A program made the translations under genes and the position numbers. The notes below the pieces were generated by a model, which saw nothing but the letters and a program-made list of their open reading frames with translations, was not told the origin of the DNA and did not search any database. Of a DNA stretch of 64,000 nucleotides, positions 50,562 through 59,611 are shown in pieces; the stretch's first letter is position 1; each line of letters starts with the position of its first letter. The DNA comes from Candidatus Amesbacteria bacterium (GTDB lineage: Bacteria > Patescibacteriota > Microgenomatia > CAZETR01 > Amesbacteraceae): assembly GCA_027331445.1 (NCBI GenBank), contig DAHWUD010000002.1, positions 13,018 through 77,017 of the forward strand, written 5' to 3'.

Positions 50562-50948
50562 ATGAAAAGTGTAGTCATTTGCGGGTCCAGACGTTACAAA
50601 GATGAGGCCAGGGATTTTGCATCAAAGCTGCGGGCAAAAGGAGTGGTAGTATTTGAACCATTTTTCAACACTAACCGTAGGATTGATACTTTGGCTCCGG
50701 ATTTAAAAAGGTATGCATTCACAGGGTTAACCTGGCACCATTTTGAGTTCATTCGCAAGGCCAATGTTGTTTTTATATATAACAAGGACGGTTACATCGG
50801 AAACAGCGTAACCATGGAACTAGGTGCAGCAGCGATATTGGGTAAACCTATCTACGCGCTAGAAGAAGACAAAACCGAAGCTTGCCGGAATGTCTTGATT
50901 GATGAAATTGTACCTACTCCCCAAGAATTAGTTAAGCGGTTAAAATAA
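50562..50948 (+). CDS. DNPH1/Rcl-like nucleoside 2-deoxyribosyltransferase-fold protein (putative dNMP N-glycosidase)
   Basis: 128 aa. N-terminal VVICGSRRY (compare DNPH1 FCGSIRGG) and GNSVTMELGAA (NDT-family GT..E.G.A motif). Confidence 0.6.
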   Translation: MKSVVICGSRRYKDEARDFASKLRAKGVVVFEPFFNTNRRIDTLAPDLKRYAFTGLTWHHFEFIRKANVVFIYNKDGYIGNSVTMELGAAAILGKPIYALEEDKTEACRNVLIDEIVPTPQELVKRLK

Positions 50949-50952
50949 TCCT

Positions 50953-51360
50953 ATGACAATAGCAATTTGTGGATCAATCAAATTCTATGACAAGATGGTC
51001 GAAACTCAGCGGAAACTCGAAAAACTTGGACATAAAGTTCTGATGCCAAACAAAGCAGAAGGAGTCGATTACTGGGCAAAAGACAATAAATCCCGTGTAG
51101 AGGCTAAAAAGAAATTCCGTTTCATTGATGAGCATCTTGACAAAATTGAGAAATCTGACGCTGTTTTAGTGGTCAACGTAACGAAGAAAGATATTGTGAA
51201 TTATATCGGAGCCAACACCTTCCTGGAAATGGGTTTTGCATATTACCGAAAGAAAAAAATCTTTACCCTAAATCCATTACCGGATCAGCCTTACATTATA
51301 GACGAACTTCTGACTTTCAACCCGGTTGTTATCTCAGGAAAGTTGGCAAACATAAAATGA
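50953..51360 (+). CDS. DNPH1/Rcl-like nucleoside 2-deoxyribosyltransferase-fold protein (paralog)
   Basis: 135 aa. IAICGSIKFY and GANTFLEMGFA motifs. 4 nt from the upstream paralog. Its stop overlaps the Nudix start. Confidence 0.6.
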   Translation: MTIAICGSIKFYDKMVETQRKLEKLGHKVLMPNKAEGVDYWAKDNKSRVEAKKKFRFIDEHLDKIEKSDAVLVVNVTKKDIVNYIGANTFLEMGFAYYRKKKIFTLNPLPDQPYIIDELLTFNPVVISGKLANIK

Positions 51361-51851
51361 CGGGGCCAGAACAAAAAGAGGCAAAGGTTAAAAACTGTGA
51401 CCACACCAGTGTAGGGATGGTTGTCAGGCAGGGAGACAAAATGCTTTTGATTGAAAGGATGAAGTATCCGTTTGGGTTTGCCCCGCCGGCAGGGCATGTT
51501 GACGGCGATCCTTCATTTGAGATAGCCGCCCGGCGGGAGTTGACAGAAGAAGTCGGACTCAAAGCCACAAATCTGAAAGTGATCTTTGAGGGCAGGAAAG
51601 ATAATTCCTGCCGCAGACCGGGTGGTACCTGGCATGAATGGAAAATTTACGAGGTGGAAGTCGAAGGAGAACTTAAAAGAAGCGCCGATGAGACTAAACA
51701 AGCGGGTTGGTATACAAAACAGGAGATAGAAAAATTAGCCGAAAGAACCAGACTGTATTTAGCGGGTAAAATTAGCGATGAGGAATGGCAAGCTAATCCG
51801 GGGCTGGAAACATTCTGGTTTAAGTGGAGAAAAGAACTGAAGGTTTTTTGA
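51357..51851 (+). CDS. Nudix hydrolase
   Basis: 164 aa. Nudix box GHVDGDPSFEIAARRELTEEVGL (G-x5-E-x7-REUxEExGU). Confidence 0.8.
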   Translation: MTGPEQKEAKVKNCDHTSVGMVVRQGDKMLLIERMKYPFGFAPPAGHVDGDPSFEIAARRELTEEVGLKATNLKVIFEGRKDNSCRRPGGTWHEWKIYEVEVEGELKRSADETKQAGWYTKQEIEKLAERTRLYLAGKISDEEWQANPGLETFWFKWRKELKVF

Positions 51852-51879
51852 GGTTAAAATTCGAGAGGAAATAGGTTCC

Positions 51880-51937
51880 GATTTCCTGGAGTCCCCGCAG
51901 CAAATCAAAAATACGCCTTAAATGCCGTCTTTTTTTT
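51880..51937 (+). repeat. Intergenic direct repeat, copy 2 (GATTTCCTGGAGTCCCCGCAGCAAATCAAAA + T-run)
   Basis: Matches copy 1. Located immediately 3' of the Nudix gene. Confidence 0.5.
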
Positions 51938-52014
51938 ATCGTGCATTTGTATTTGTTATACTTAAACTGTCAAGATTTATATGAGATTTATTTGAAAATC
52001 GGAAAAAAATAAAA

Positions 52015-52266
52015 ATGGACGTGCTTAGGGACGATTTATTTAAGAACAAATACTTTCTAATTATTGTCTCAATTTTGGCCGTTATTATAGGAGTAATTTA
52101 TCTTGTTAGCTCCAATTCCGTTGAGTCTAAATGCAAAAGGTATGTTCAAAATTTAGGTACAATGTTAGGAGCCGGTGGTAGTGGGTTAAAAGATATACAA
52201 TTACAAACAGCTTCAGAAAGTTTGGTTCAGGATTGCATTAAGAGGGGTGGCCCCGATAATCATTGA
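52015..52266 (+). CDS. Hypothetical small membrane protein
   Basis: 83 aa, one TM helix. Inside the 1.5 kb insert. Confidence 0.25.
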   Translation: MDVLRDDLFKNKYFLIIVSILAVIIGVIYLVSSNSVESKCKRYVQNLGTMLGAGGSGLKDIQLQTASESLVQDCIKRGGPDNH

Positions 52267-52413
52267 GTTCAAGAACCAGGTTCTGATTTCATACAACACC
52301 CACAACACGCAAAACTAAGCTTCAGTTTTCGCGCTAAGAGAAATTCAATCCACGCCTTGTTTTTATCTCAAAGTCACTGGAAACCAGGAAAGCGCAAAAG
52401 ATGATGGTTTCAC

Positions 52414-53304
52414 TTATAACTGCTGAATATAAAAACCTTTTGCTGTGTCATACTTATAAATAGATGTTTTTGTACCTGTGGCAGGTTCAATAGTCCCATT
52501 GATCATTTGTGAAATAATTGAGCGGGTAACAGTAATATCTGGATACTTACCGGCCGGGGCTTGACTGATGTGGTACTCTGACCTAAATTTTCTCCCGTCC
52601 ATGTCTCCACATCGGGCACAATCTATACCGTTTTCTGCCGTATGTATCTGGATTAAGGGTCGCAACCGGTTATCTGTGGCTGTATAAATAATAAAGCCCT
52701 GCCAACTGCCTCCACTCTCTCCTAAATTCACAAATTCCGATGTATATAGCCAGATTTCGTTATTTCCGTCCCGATTCAAATCTTTGGTCTGCATATTGTC
52801 ATAAATTGCTGTATCAGCGGTGAAACCAACCGGAAAATCATTCAAACTTATCGGACCTTCTAAGTTACTGATTTGGGTTCCTTGCAGGTTGTATACAAAA
52901 TAAAAAGCCAGATAGGAACAATTAAATTCACATAGCAGTTTTCCTGTATAGTGACCTGAAATTATTGTGAAGTATTTGTCTCCTTGTTTGATGGTACCCA
53001 GAACTCGTAATTCTTTTTTGGTCACCGGGGAATTGTCTAAAACCGAAGTGGTATGAGGTTCTGAAGAATCAACTAAAAAAAGGTTGTCCGACTGATAAAC
53101 AATGCTTTTGGGATGTAACAACAAAATCAGAAGCCTATTGCTGTTAAGCTCTGTTTGGTTGGCCGTCGGCCTTACTGATCGGGAAGCGGAACTAAAGAAT
53201 TTGACAAACAGGAAACCGCATACTAGAAATATTAAAAACAAAAGCGCCCACGTGACATAAGAATTTTTTTTCAGTTTACTAGACGAACCAGCTATTCTGT
53301 TCAT
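52414..53304 (-). CDS. Hypothetical secreted/membrane-anchored protein
   Basis: 296 aa. N-terminal TM/signal, beta-rich. No motif. Inside the insert between the Nudix gene and its partial duplicate. Confidence 0.5.
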   Translation of the reverse strand: MNRIAGSSSKLKKNSYVTWALLFLIFLVCGFLFVKFFSSASRSVRPTANQTELNSNRLLILLLHPKSIVYQSDNLFLVDSSEPHTTSVLDNSPVTKKELRVLGTIKQGDKYFTIISGHYTGKLLCEFNCSYLAFYFVYNLQGTQISNLEGPISLNDFPVGFTADTAIYDNMQTKDLNRDGNNEIWLYTSEFVNLGESGGSWQGFIIYTATDNRLRPLIQIHTAENGIDCARCGDMDGRKFRSEYHISQAPAGKYPDITVTRSIISQMINGTIEPATGTKTSIYKYDTAKGFYIQQL

Positions 53305-53380
53305 GCTGCACTTAATTAGTTTAGCATCAATTCAATTGGAGATAAAGTTTGAATTGTTATTCGAGGGAAGTGGACGGAGA

Positions 53381-53655
53381 TAAAATGACGGGGCCAGAAC
53401 AAAAAGAGGCAAAAGGTTAAAAACTGTGACCACACCAGTGTAGGGATGATTGTCAGGCAGGGAAATAAAATTCTTCTTATTGAGAGAATGCTATTCCCAT
53501 TTGGTTTTGCTCCTCCGGCCGGTCATGATGTCGGAGATGCTTCATTTGAGATAGCCGCCAGGCGGGAGTTGGAAGAAGAAGTTAGGCTCAAAGCCACAAA
53601 CCTGAAGGTGATATTTGAAAGCAGGAATGAAAATACCTGCCTGGAAACTTCTTAA
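53381..53655 (+). pseudogene. Partial duplicate of the Nudix gene 5' region (about 270 bp, about 85 percent identical to 51353..51625, truncated)
   Basis: The duplicate begins at the same ATAAAATGACGGGGCCAGAACAAAAAGAGGC boundary as the original. It has a 1 nt indel (aaaaggttaaaa vs aaaggttaaaa) and ends after the Nudix box. Confidence 0.6.
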
Positions 53656-53914
53656 GTGTCTCAAGCAATTTTAACGTCATACCTCCATGCAAATGGAGGA
53701 TATCCGTCTTATAAACCTGTCCTTCAAACTTTGCTTCCTCAGCAACCTCAAAAAACAAGCTCCCTCTCGCCTCTATTAGCATTGAAATTAAATACGTCTT
53801 CTGCTTTGTTCACAGAAATTCTGTCTAGCTCTTTGGCAAAGTAAACTAATAAGACGTTGACTTTACTGAGGACAGTTTTCAATATTTCCTTAAAATACCT
53901 ATCGTTTTGCTCAT

Positions 53915-54370
53915 TTACGTGCCCAACATATCCGCCATGCAAAATATACTTAGTCGCTTTTTGCCTCCTTTCGCTTCAAAATATTTCTCTAGTACTTCTT
54001 TGTGAGTAAAGGCTATATCTGTACTAGGCAAATCTTTCTTCCCGACATAAATTACATTTTCAACTTCATCTGCTTTCAAATTTAATTGACCAGAAACTTT
54101 ACCCAGATAGTACAAGGTGTGCCAAAATTCCCCTAGTTTAGTTTTATCATTTGTTTCTTCGGTAAACAGCCTGGGGTCAACAAATTCTAATCCGACTTCT
54201 TCTTGAACCTCCCCAACAACTGCCTGTTCAGGCGTTTCACCCGCATCGGGTTTACCGCCTATTAACGCATATTTACCTTGCTCATCACCACTAACTCTTT
54301 TCCCCAATAGCACCTCACCATCAAAGTCCAAAATTGCCCGAACAATAACTCTCTCTGTAACCATTACCAA
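53915..54370 (-). CDS. Nudix hydrolase (MutT-like)
   Basis: 151 aa. Nudix box GGKPDAGETPEQAVVGEVQEEVGLE. Confidence 0.75.
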   Translation of the reverse strand: MVMVTERVIVRAILDFDGEVLLGKRVSGDEQGKYALIGGKPDAGETPEQAVVGEVQEEVGLEFVDPRLFTEETNDKTKLGEFWHTLYYLGKVSGQLNLKADEVENVIYVGKKDLPSTDIAFTHKEVLEKYFEAKGGKKRLSIFCMADMLGT

Positions 54371-54570
54371 ATTCTATAACCCATCACCACGTTTTTACAA
54401 AACTGGTATATAAATAGGCGTGGTCAGTGACAGGAAATAATTTCTTATTTCTTCCAGTCCCTGCGACCAAGCCCAAAATCCCGCAAAAGCGGGATTTTTC
54501 GTTGGGCCTGTCGGGGATGGTGTCCAGGTCCGCTGGACATGACATTCCCGTATAGACATAATTATTCCGG

Positions 54571-54825
54571 ATGTTCTACGTTTATCTTCTTCTCTGCTCA
54601 GACGGCTCTTTTTATACCGGCATCGCCAAAGATCCGCACCGGCGGTTTTTAGAGCATCAAAAAGGCCACGGTGGCGCCTATACCAGATCCCACCCGCCCG
54701 TCAAAATAATTTATTCCGAGTCCCTCCCCGACAAATCTTCTGCTCTCCGTCGGGAAGCCGAAATCAAAAGCTGGTCCCGGCACCAAAAAATAACTCTACT
54801 TAAACTTCCCCCTCTCTTGGTGTAA
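54571..54825 (+). CDS. GIY-YIG nuclease family protein (UPF0213/YhbQ-like)
   Basis: 84 aa. FYVYLLLCSDGSFYTGIAKD...R...EH motif set. Confidence 0.75.
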   Translation: MFYVYLLLCSDGSFYTGIAKDPHRRFLEHQKGHGGAYTRSHPPVKIIYSESLPDKSSALRREAEIKSWSRHQKITLLKLPPLLV

Positions 54826-54838
54826 AACCATAAGGCAA

Positions 54839-55132
54839 ATGAGCCTCAATCAGTTTGAACTCTTTTGCACCACCCACGGCCTGACCAGCCCCGAAATAGC
54901 ACTGGCCCGTCAAGTCTACGAGCTCAGCGGACGCGATCACGATGTCCTCGTCGCTTTTGTAGCCAGCCTTGGTAATGCACTCGCCCAACAAGATGAACGT
55001 ACTGAAAAACTCAACCAGGCGCAAACCCTTATCTGGCAGGGCAGTATGTTAAATAAAGCAGATACCATCAAACTCGGGAAGAATTTGAAGCACGACCTCA
55101 TCCTTGGCAGACGCACTCACGACGGAGAATAA
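54839..55132 (+). CDS. Hypothetical protein
   Basis: 97 aa. No motif. Confidence 0.35.
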   Translation: MSLNQFELFCTTHGLTSPEIALARQVYELSGRDHDVLVAFVASLGNALAQQDERTEKLNQAQTLIWQGSMLNKADTIKLGKNLKHDLILGRRTHDGE

Positions 55133-55353
55133 ATCGTTGTATACTTAATCTATGGCCAAGATGCCCAAATCCTGGACCATTGTCACTCCTTTCTCCCGCC
55201 TCCTGGCCCTGGCTCTTTTCATTATCCTCCCTTTTTTGGCCTTCCTCTGGGGTGCCAACTACCAAGCCAATTTGGACCATTCCTTTGTCTACCAGGCTGA
55301 ACTCCAGTCCCTCTCCTGCACCCGCAAATAGCCAGATGTTAAAATTAGCTCGA

Positions 55354-55425
55354 GGCTGCGTAGCTCAATGGTGGAGCGGGGTCTTCATAAGGCCACGGTT
55401 GCAGGTTCGAATCCCGCCGCAGCCA
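55354..55425 (+). tRNA. tRNA-Met (anticodon CAT; G1-C72 pair, elongator or Ile2-like)
   Basis: GGCTGCG-TA-GCTC-AATGGTG-GAGC-G-GGGTC-TTCATAA-GGCCA-CGGTT-GCAGG-TTCGAAT-CCCGC-CGCAGCC-A. Canonical TTCGAAT T-loop. One A:C mismatch in the T-stem and a G:A mismatch at 27:43. CCA not encoded. Confidence 0.8.
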
Positions 55426-55794
55426 CTATCTTCCTCCCCCCGGCCAGATATACAGGCTCAACCATTGTTTCCAATTCGGCTCCGACTTTTGTGAATTTGT
55501 TATTTGGAAATTTGAATTTTGCTCTTGCTCCGGGACCACCACAATTGTCTCCCCCGCCTTTCCATACCCCAGCTTGTCCCGGGCTTCCTTTTCCACAAAT
55601 TCCGGGCTTTGCACATACTGCAGCTGGGATTTTAGCTGGCCATTTAAAGCCGCAGCCGAGTCTACCTCCCTTTGGGCTGTCGTTACCGACCCCCCCAGCT
55701 TCCATAGCCTCCAGATATTCGCACCGGTGTTCACCGCCATCACCAGCCCTCCTGCAGCCACCAGCCACACCCATAAGCCCCTTTTCATCTGCAT
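55426..55794 (-). CDS. Septum formation initiator family protein (FtsB/DivIC-like)
   Basis: 122 aa. N-terminal TM, coiled coil. C-terminal EFVEKEARDKLGYGKAGETIVVVP matches the FtsB/DivIC pattern. The TAG stop abuts the tRNA-Met 3' end. Confidence 0.65.
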   Translation of the reverse strand: MQMKRGLWVWLVAAGGLVMAVNTGANIWRLWKLGGSVTTAQREVDSAAALNGQLKSQLQYVQSPEFVEKEARDKLGYGKAGETIVVVPEQEQNSNFQITNSQKSEPNWKQWLSLYIWPGGGR

Positions 55795-55867
55795 GCCTCT
55801 ATTTTACCCGGCCGGCACAAAAAGGGGTTTACAATCCGCCCTCCCTACGCTAAAATAGTCCTGTAGT

Positions 55868-56743
55868 ATGGAAAACCTTCCTAATCCGGTCAGCTTCACC
55901 AGTGCCCAGGAGAAGTTCCTTACCCACCTGAAATCCCAAAAACGCTCCTCCGCCACGGTCATCGCCTACGGCAGCGACCTGGCCCAGCTGGGCAATTTCC
56001 TCGCATCCCATAAGATCACCCAGGCCACCACCGTCGCTACCCCCCATCTTTCCGATTTTATCGCCTTTTTATCCTCCCAAAACTACACCCCCAAAAGTGT
56101 GAGCCGCAAGATCAATTCCATCAAAACCTTCTTCAAGTTCCTCCACGCCCAAAACCTGGTCCCCACCAACCCCGCCACTCCCCTCATCCACCCCAAATAC
56201 GACACCAAGCCTCCCCGCATCCTGACCCCGGCTGAATACAAAAACCTGCGCGACGCCAGCCGGCTGGACATTCGGGTTTCCGCCATTATCGAACTGCTTT
56301 TACAAACCGGGATGCGCATCTCCGAACTGGCCAACCTCCGTCTGGAAGATATCAAAAAGAGCGAGCTGTTTATCCGCGGCCAGGAAAACAACCTCAGCCG
56401 CACCATTCCCGTCAACCGCTCGGCCGCCGCCGCCGTACAAAACTACCTGGCTATCCGTCCCTCAGTTACCGATACCCACTTGTTTATCACCAAAACCGGC
56501 CGTCCTCTCCTGATCAGAAACATCCGTACCAGCATCGACCATTACTTCAAAAGGGCCGGGATCAAGGACGCCAAAGTCAATGATTTACGGCACACCTTCA
56601 TTGCCCACCAATTAAGCCACGGCGTCGACCCCGAAGTCGTCCATAAACACGTCGGCCACCGCCGCCTCTCCTCCACCCAAAAATACCTGGAATACATCAC
56701 CATTACCGAAACCATCACCACCACCCGCCTTTTGGAACTCTAA
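55868..56743 (+). CDS. Tyrosine recombinase (XerC/XerD-like phage-integrase family)
   Basis: 291 aa. N-terminal SAM-like core-binding domain. Catalytic R...H-x-x-R...Y residues (RISELANLRLEDI, HTFIAHQL, HRRLSSTQKY). Confidence 0.85.
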   Translation: MENLPNPVSFTSAQEKFLTHLKSQKRSSATVIAYGSDLAQLGNFLASHKITQATTVATPHLSDFIAFLSSQNYTPKSVSRKINSIKTFFKFLHAQNLVPTNPATPLIHPKYDTKPPRILTPAEYKNLRDASRLDIRVSAIIELLLQTGMRISELANLRLEDIKKSELFIRGQENNLSRTIPVNRSAAAAVQNYLAIRPSVTDTHLFITKTGRPLLIRNIRTSIDHYFKRAGIKDAKVNDLRHTFIAHQLSHGVDPEVVHKHVGHRRLSSTQKYLEYITITETITTTRLLEL

Positions 56744-57007
56744 ATGCGAAAAGAATTCATCATCTGTCCCATCGACGGGCATAAGTGCTCTCTTCCCGAC
56801 TGCCTCAATCAAACATCCAACTGTCACGCCCAAGCCACCCGCCTCGCTCAGGAAACCACTCAGGCGATTACTTCCAACCTCAACACCATCGACACCGTCG
56901 ACACATACGACGCCAGACTCGCCGATCTTGCCCAAAAGCTGGGAGTCGATCCAGATCTACTCGATATCAAAGTCCTGAATATCATTTACAGCCCCCGCCT
57001 GAATTAA
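56744..57007 (+). CDS. Hypothetical protein
   Basis: 87 aa. Start overlaps the recombinase stop. Confidence 0.3.
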   Translation: MRKEFIICPIDGHKCSLPDCLNQTSNCHAQATRLAQETTQAITSNLNTIDTVDTYDARLADLAQKLGVDPDLLDIKVLNIIYSPRLN

Positions 57008-57162
57008 CCCCCTGGTGGATCCGCTTGGAGTCGGACCAAGTTCACGAATTTATAAGATTCGGGTCCTACCGGTGAACGACGGATCCAGCCCCACAATTTT
57101 ATCATTAACTCTCCCCTTCCCCTCCCTTAGGCTAAGGGAGGGTGGCCAGCAGGCCAGGAGAG

Positions 57163-59550
57163 TTACAACTTACTTCTCTCCGCTATCTCGTGTTCCACTA
57201 GCCTCACGTCCCGCCCATACTTCAGTCTTGATAATTGCTTAATCGCTTCCGCCAACTTCGGATTGTACATTTTCCGCTCCGCCGCCAGATCCTTCGTCGT
57301 ATCCATGGAAAACGGCGTCACCGGCTCATTTTTGACAATCGTCTTCACGTACACATGGAACCTCTCAATGTTTAACAAATCCGCCTCGTTAAATACCGGC
57401 GAAAACTCATGCTGCAGATAATTCGCATCCGCCACCCCCACCCGGAATGAGATCAGTGTCCCCACGTTGCCGAAGACCGCGTTTTTGACATCGTCCTCCA
57501 TCTGCGACGTAAATTGGTTTGCCACGATCAGGTCCAGTTTGTATTTCCGGGCCTCGGACAAAATTGTGGCAAAATCCGGCGTCGCGTAATTTTGGAACTC
57601 GTCCACGTACAGGTAAAACGGCCTCCGCTGTTCTTCCGGAATATCCGCCCGGCTCATGGCCGCGGCCAGAAGGCGCGGCACCAGCACGAGCCCCAGAAAG
57701 TTACTATTTTCCTCTCCCAGCTTGCCCTTGGACAAATTGATGATTAGAATCTTGCCTTCGTCCATCACTTTCCGGAAATCAAATGCACTTTTGTTCTGCC
57801 CGATGATGTTTCTGATGGTCTTGTTCGTGACAAACCGCCCAAACTTGGACACGATATAATCCAGCACTTCCGATTTGTGGAAATCCGACGTCTGGGCAAT
57901 TTGATCCGTCCAGTACCGCCGCACCAGCGGATCGGATACCCGGGGCAGCATCTCCTGCACAAACTCCGGCCGCTGCAGGGCCTGCACCACCTCAATAAAC
58001 GTCCCGCCGGGGATGGCGTCCATCACCGTCAGCATGGCATTTCTGATGGCGTGTTCAAACCGAGGCCCGATGATCCCGGTTTTATGCGGATCGTATAATT
58101 TGTACATCATCCCGATCACCGCGTTGGTCGCCATGTGCCGTTCCTGGTCGTTTCGCGCCTCGATAAGGTTCAGCCCCATCGGCCAGGTTTCATCCGAGGG
58201 GTCAAAAAAGACCACGTCTTCCGCCCGCTCCGGCGGAATAAATCCCAACAGGTCCTCCGCCAGGTCATGCGGATCAATTAGGGCGACTCCCTTTCCCTCC
58301 TTGATATCCTGCAGCAGCATCGACCGCAAAAATTCCGTCTTCCCCGTCCCCGTTCTTCCCACGATGTACATATGCCTTTCCCGATCCGAGTCGGAAATAT
58401 ACACCGGTCTGGTCACTCCCCGGTAAAAACTTTTCCCCAGATATAGTCCTGACATCGGAATCTGTTGCGGCGCCGGGGCCCGCTTGGCATTCAGCCAATA
58501 AATATGCGGCGTCTCAATCGTCTTGTTGGGGAAATGATAAATCGTCGCCAATTCTTCCGCATTCAGAATCGTCCAGTCCCCCCACGTCAGCATCGGCTGG
58601 TATCTGTAGACAAAATCCACCGCAAAATAGCCCTTGAGCCTTATCTTTTTCCCCTTAAACCCGTTTAAATCCCCGTTGTATTGTTCAAACGCCGCCTTGA
58701 TATTGGCCAGGTGCGCTTTGGCCGACGGCTTATCACCCGCCGACACCACCAGCCTGATCGTCGTCCGAAACCCGTTTTTGCTCACCTTGTTATCCACCGC
58801 TTCCAGCACCTTCGGGTCCACTTTATAACTGGCCTTTTCCGGATTGGACTCGTTTTTCTTCGTCCTGCCGATCCATGCCCGCCCCTTGCCTTTCCATTTA
58901 GCATCCGCCGGAGAAATTAATATTTGCACATGTGCTCCCTCCCCATCTCCCATCTTGCCCAGGGCCGAGGTGAGTGAGGACAAAGGATCCGTCGCCAGGT
59001 TTTTGTATACCTGAATGGGGTAGTACGATCCGTTTCTCAGCACCATCCACGCAAATTCCACCTGTCCGTCGGCCGTAAAAATCGTCGGCTCATCTACTAC
59101 CATGATTTCCGCCCCCGAATACCCTGCGTGGATTTGTTTTTCCACCAGATCCCGCAGCGTCTCCGGCACCACGATATAAAACCTGACATCTTCTTTTTTA
59201 GCCACAATCTCAAAAGAAATATGCGGTTGCACCTGTAAAAAGGACAGCAGGCCAAACGGCCCCATTCCGCCCTTTTTGATCGCATACAGGCTGGAAAATA
59301 TCTGTTCCATCGCATCGGTCTTTATTTCGTTGTCATGTGGCACCGCCACTTGCAGGCACACCATAGACAGGCTCGTTTTTTCCCGGTCCCGGTGCCGGTA
59401 CAAAGCAATCAATAGATATCCGGCCAAAAATACCAGACAAACCAATATCGCCAGCCCGGTGAGAAGCCCCACCAGCTGCCACAGCGCCGCCATCACGTTG
59501 ACATTTCCCGGAACATTAATACTCCCTGCCATATTTGCCAGGTTTCCCAT
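57163..59550 (-). CDS. VirD4/TraG/TraD-like type IV coupling-protein family ATPase (membrane-anchored, AAA-like DUF87-type core)
   Basis: 795 aa. N-terminal TM helices, Walker A VGRTGTGKT, Walker B YLYVDEFQN. Overall architecture matches conjugative coupling proteins. Confidence 0.7.
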   Translation of the reverse strand: MGNLANMAGSINVPGNVNVMAALWQLVGLLTGLAILVCLVFLAGYLLIALYRHRDREKTSLSMVCLQVAVPHDNEIKTDAMEQIFSSLYAIKKGGMGPFGLLSFLQVQPHISFEIVAKKEDVRFYIVVPETLRDLVEKQIHAGYSGAEIMVVDEPTIFTADGQVEFAWMVLRNGSYYPIQVYKNLATDPLSSLTSALGKMGDGEGAHVQILISPADAKWKGKGRAWIGRTKKNESNPEKASYKVDPKVLEAVDNKVSKNGFRTTIRLVVSAGDKPSAKAHLANIKAAFEQYNGDLNGFKGKKIRLKGYFAVDFVYRYQPMLTWGDWTILNAEELATIYHFPNKTIETPHIYWLNAKRAPAPQQIPMSGLYLGKSFYRGVTRPVYISDSDRERHMYIVGRTGTGKTEFLRSMLLQDIKEGKGVALIDPHDLAEDLLGFIPPERAEDVVFFDPSDETWPMGLNLIEARNDQERHMATNAVIGMMYKLYDPHKTGIIGPRFEHAIRNAMLTVMDAIPGGTFIEVVQALQRPEFVQEMLPRVSDPLVRRYWTDQIAQTSDFHKSEVLDYIVSKFGRFVTNKTIRNIIGQNKSAFDFRKVMDEGKILIINLSKGKLGEENSNFLGLVLVPRLLAAAMSRADIPEEQRRPFYLYVDEFQNYATPDFATILSEARKYKLDLIVANQFTSQMEDDVKNAVFGNVGTLISFRVGVADANYLQHEFSPVFNEADLLNIERFHVYVKTIVKNEPVTPFSMDTTKDLAAERKMYNPKLAEAIKQLSRLKYGRDVRLVEHEIAERSKL

Positions 59551-59611
59551 ACTTAAATCATAGCAGAATTAACAATGCCGGTATGCTGGCAAACCCCGGT
59601 TGCCCATACCC

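Noticed and set aside
55180-55494. 104 aa plus-strand ORF
   Set aside because: It runs straight through the tRNA-Met gene (55354..55425), so it is not coding. A shorter 59 aa membrane ORF upstream (55151..55330) is possible but unsupported.
57106-57128. Perfect 10 bp hairpin (CCTCCCTTAG-gc-CTAAGGGAGG) between the hypothetical gene and the coupling-protein-like gene
   Set aside because: It has no adjacent T-run on either strand, so it is not a convincing intrinsic terminator. It may simply be a structural or REP-like element. It appears as a single copy in the window.
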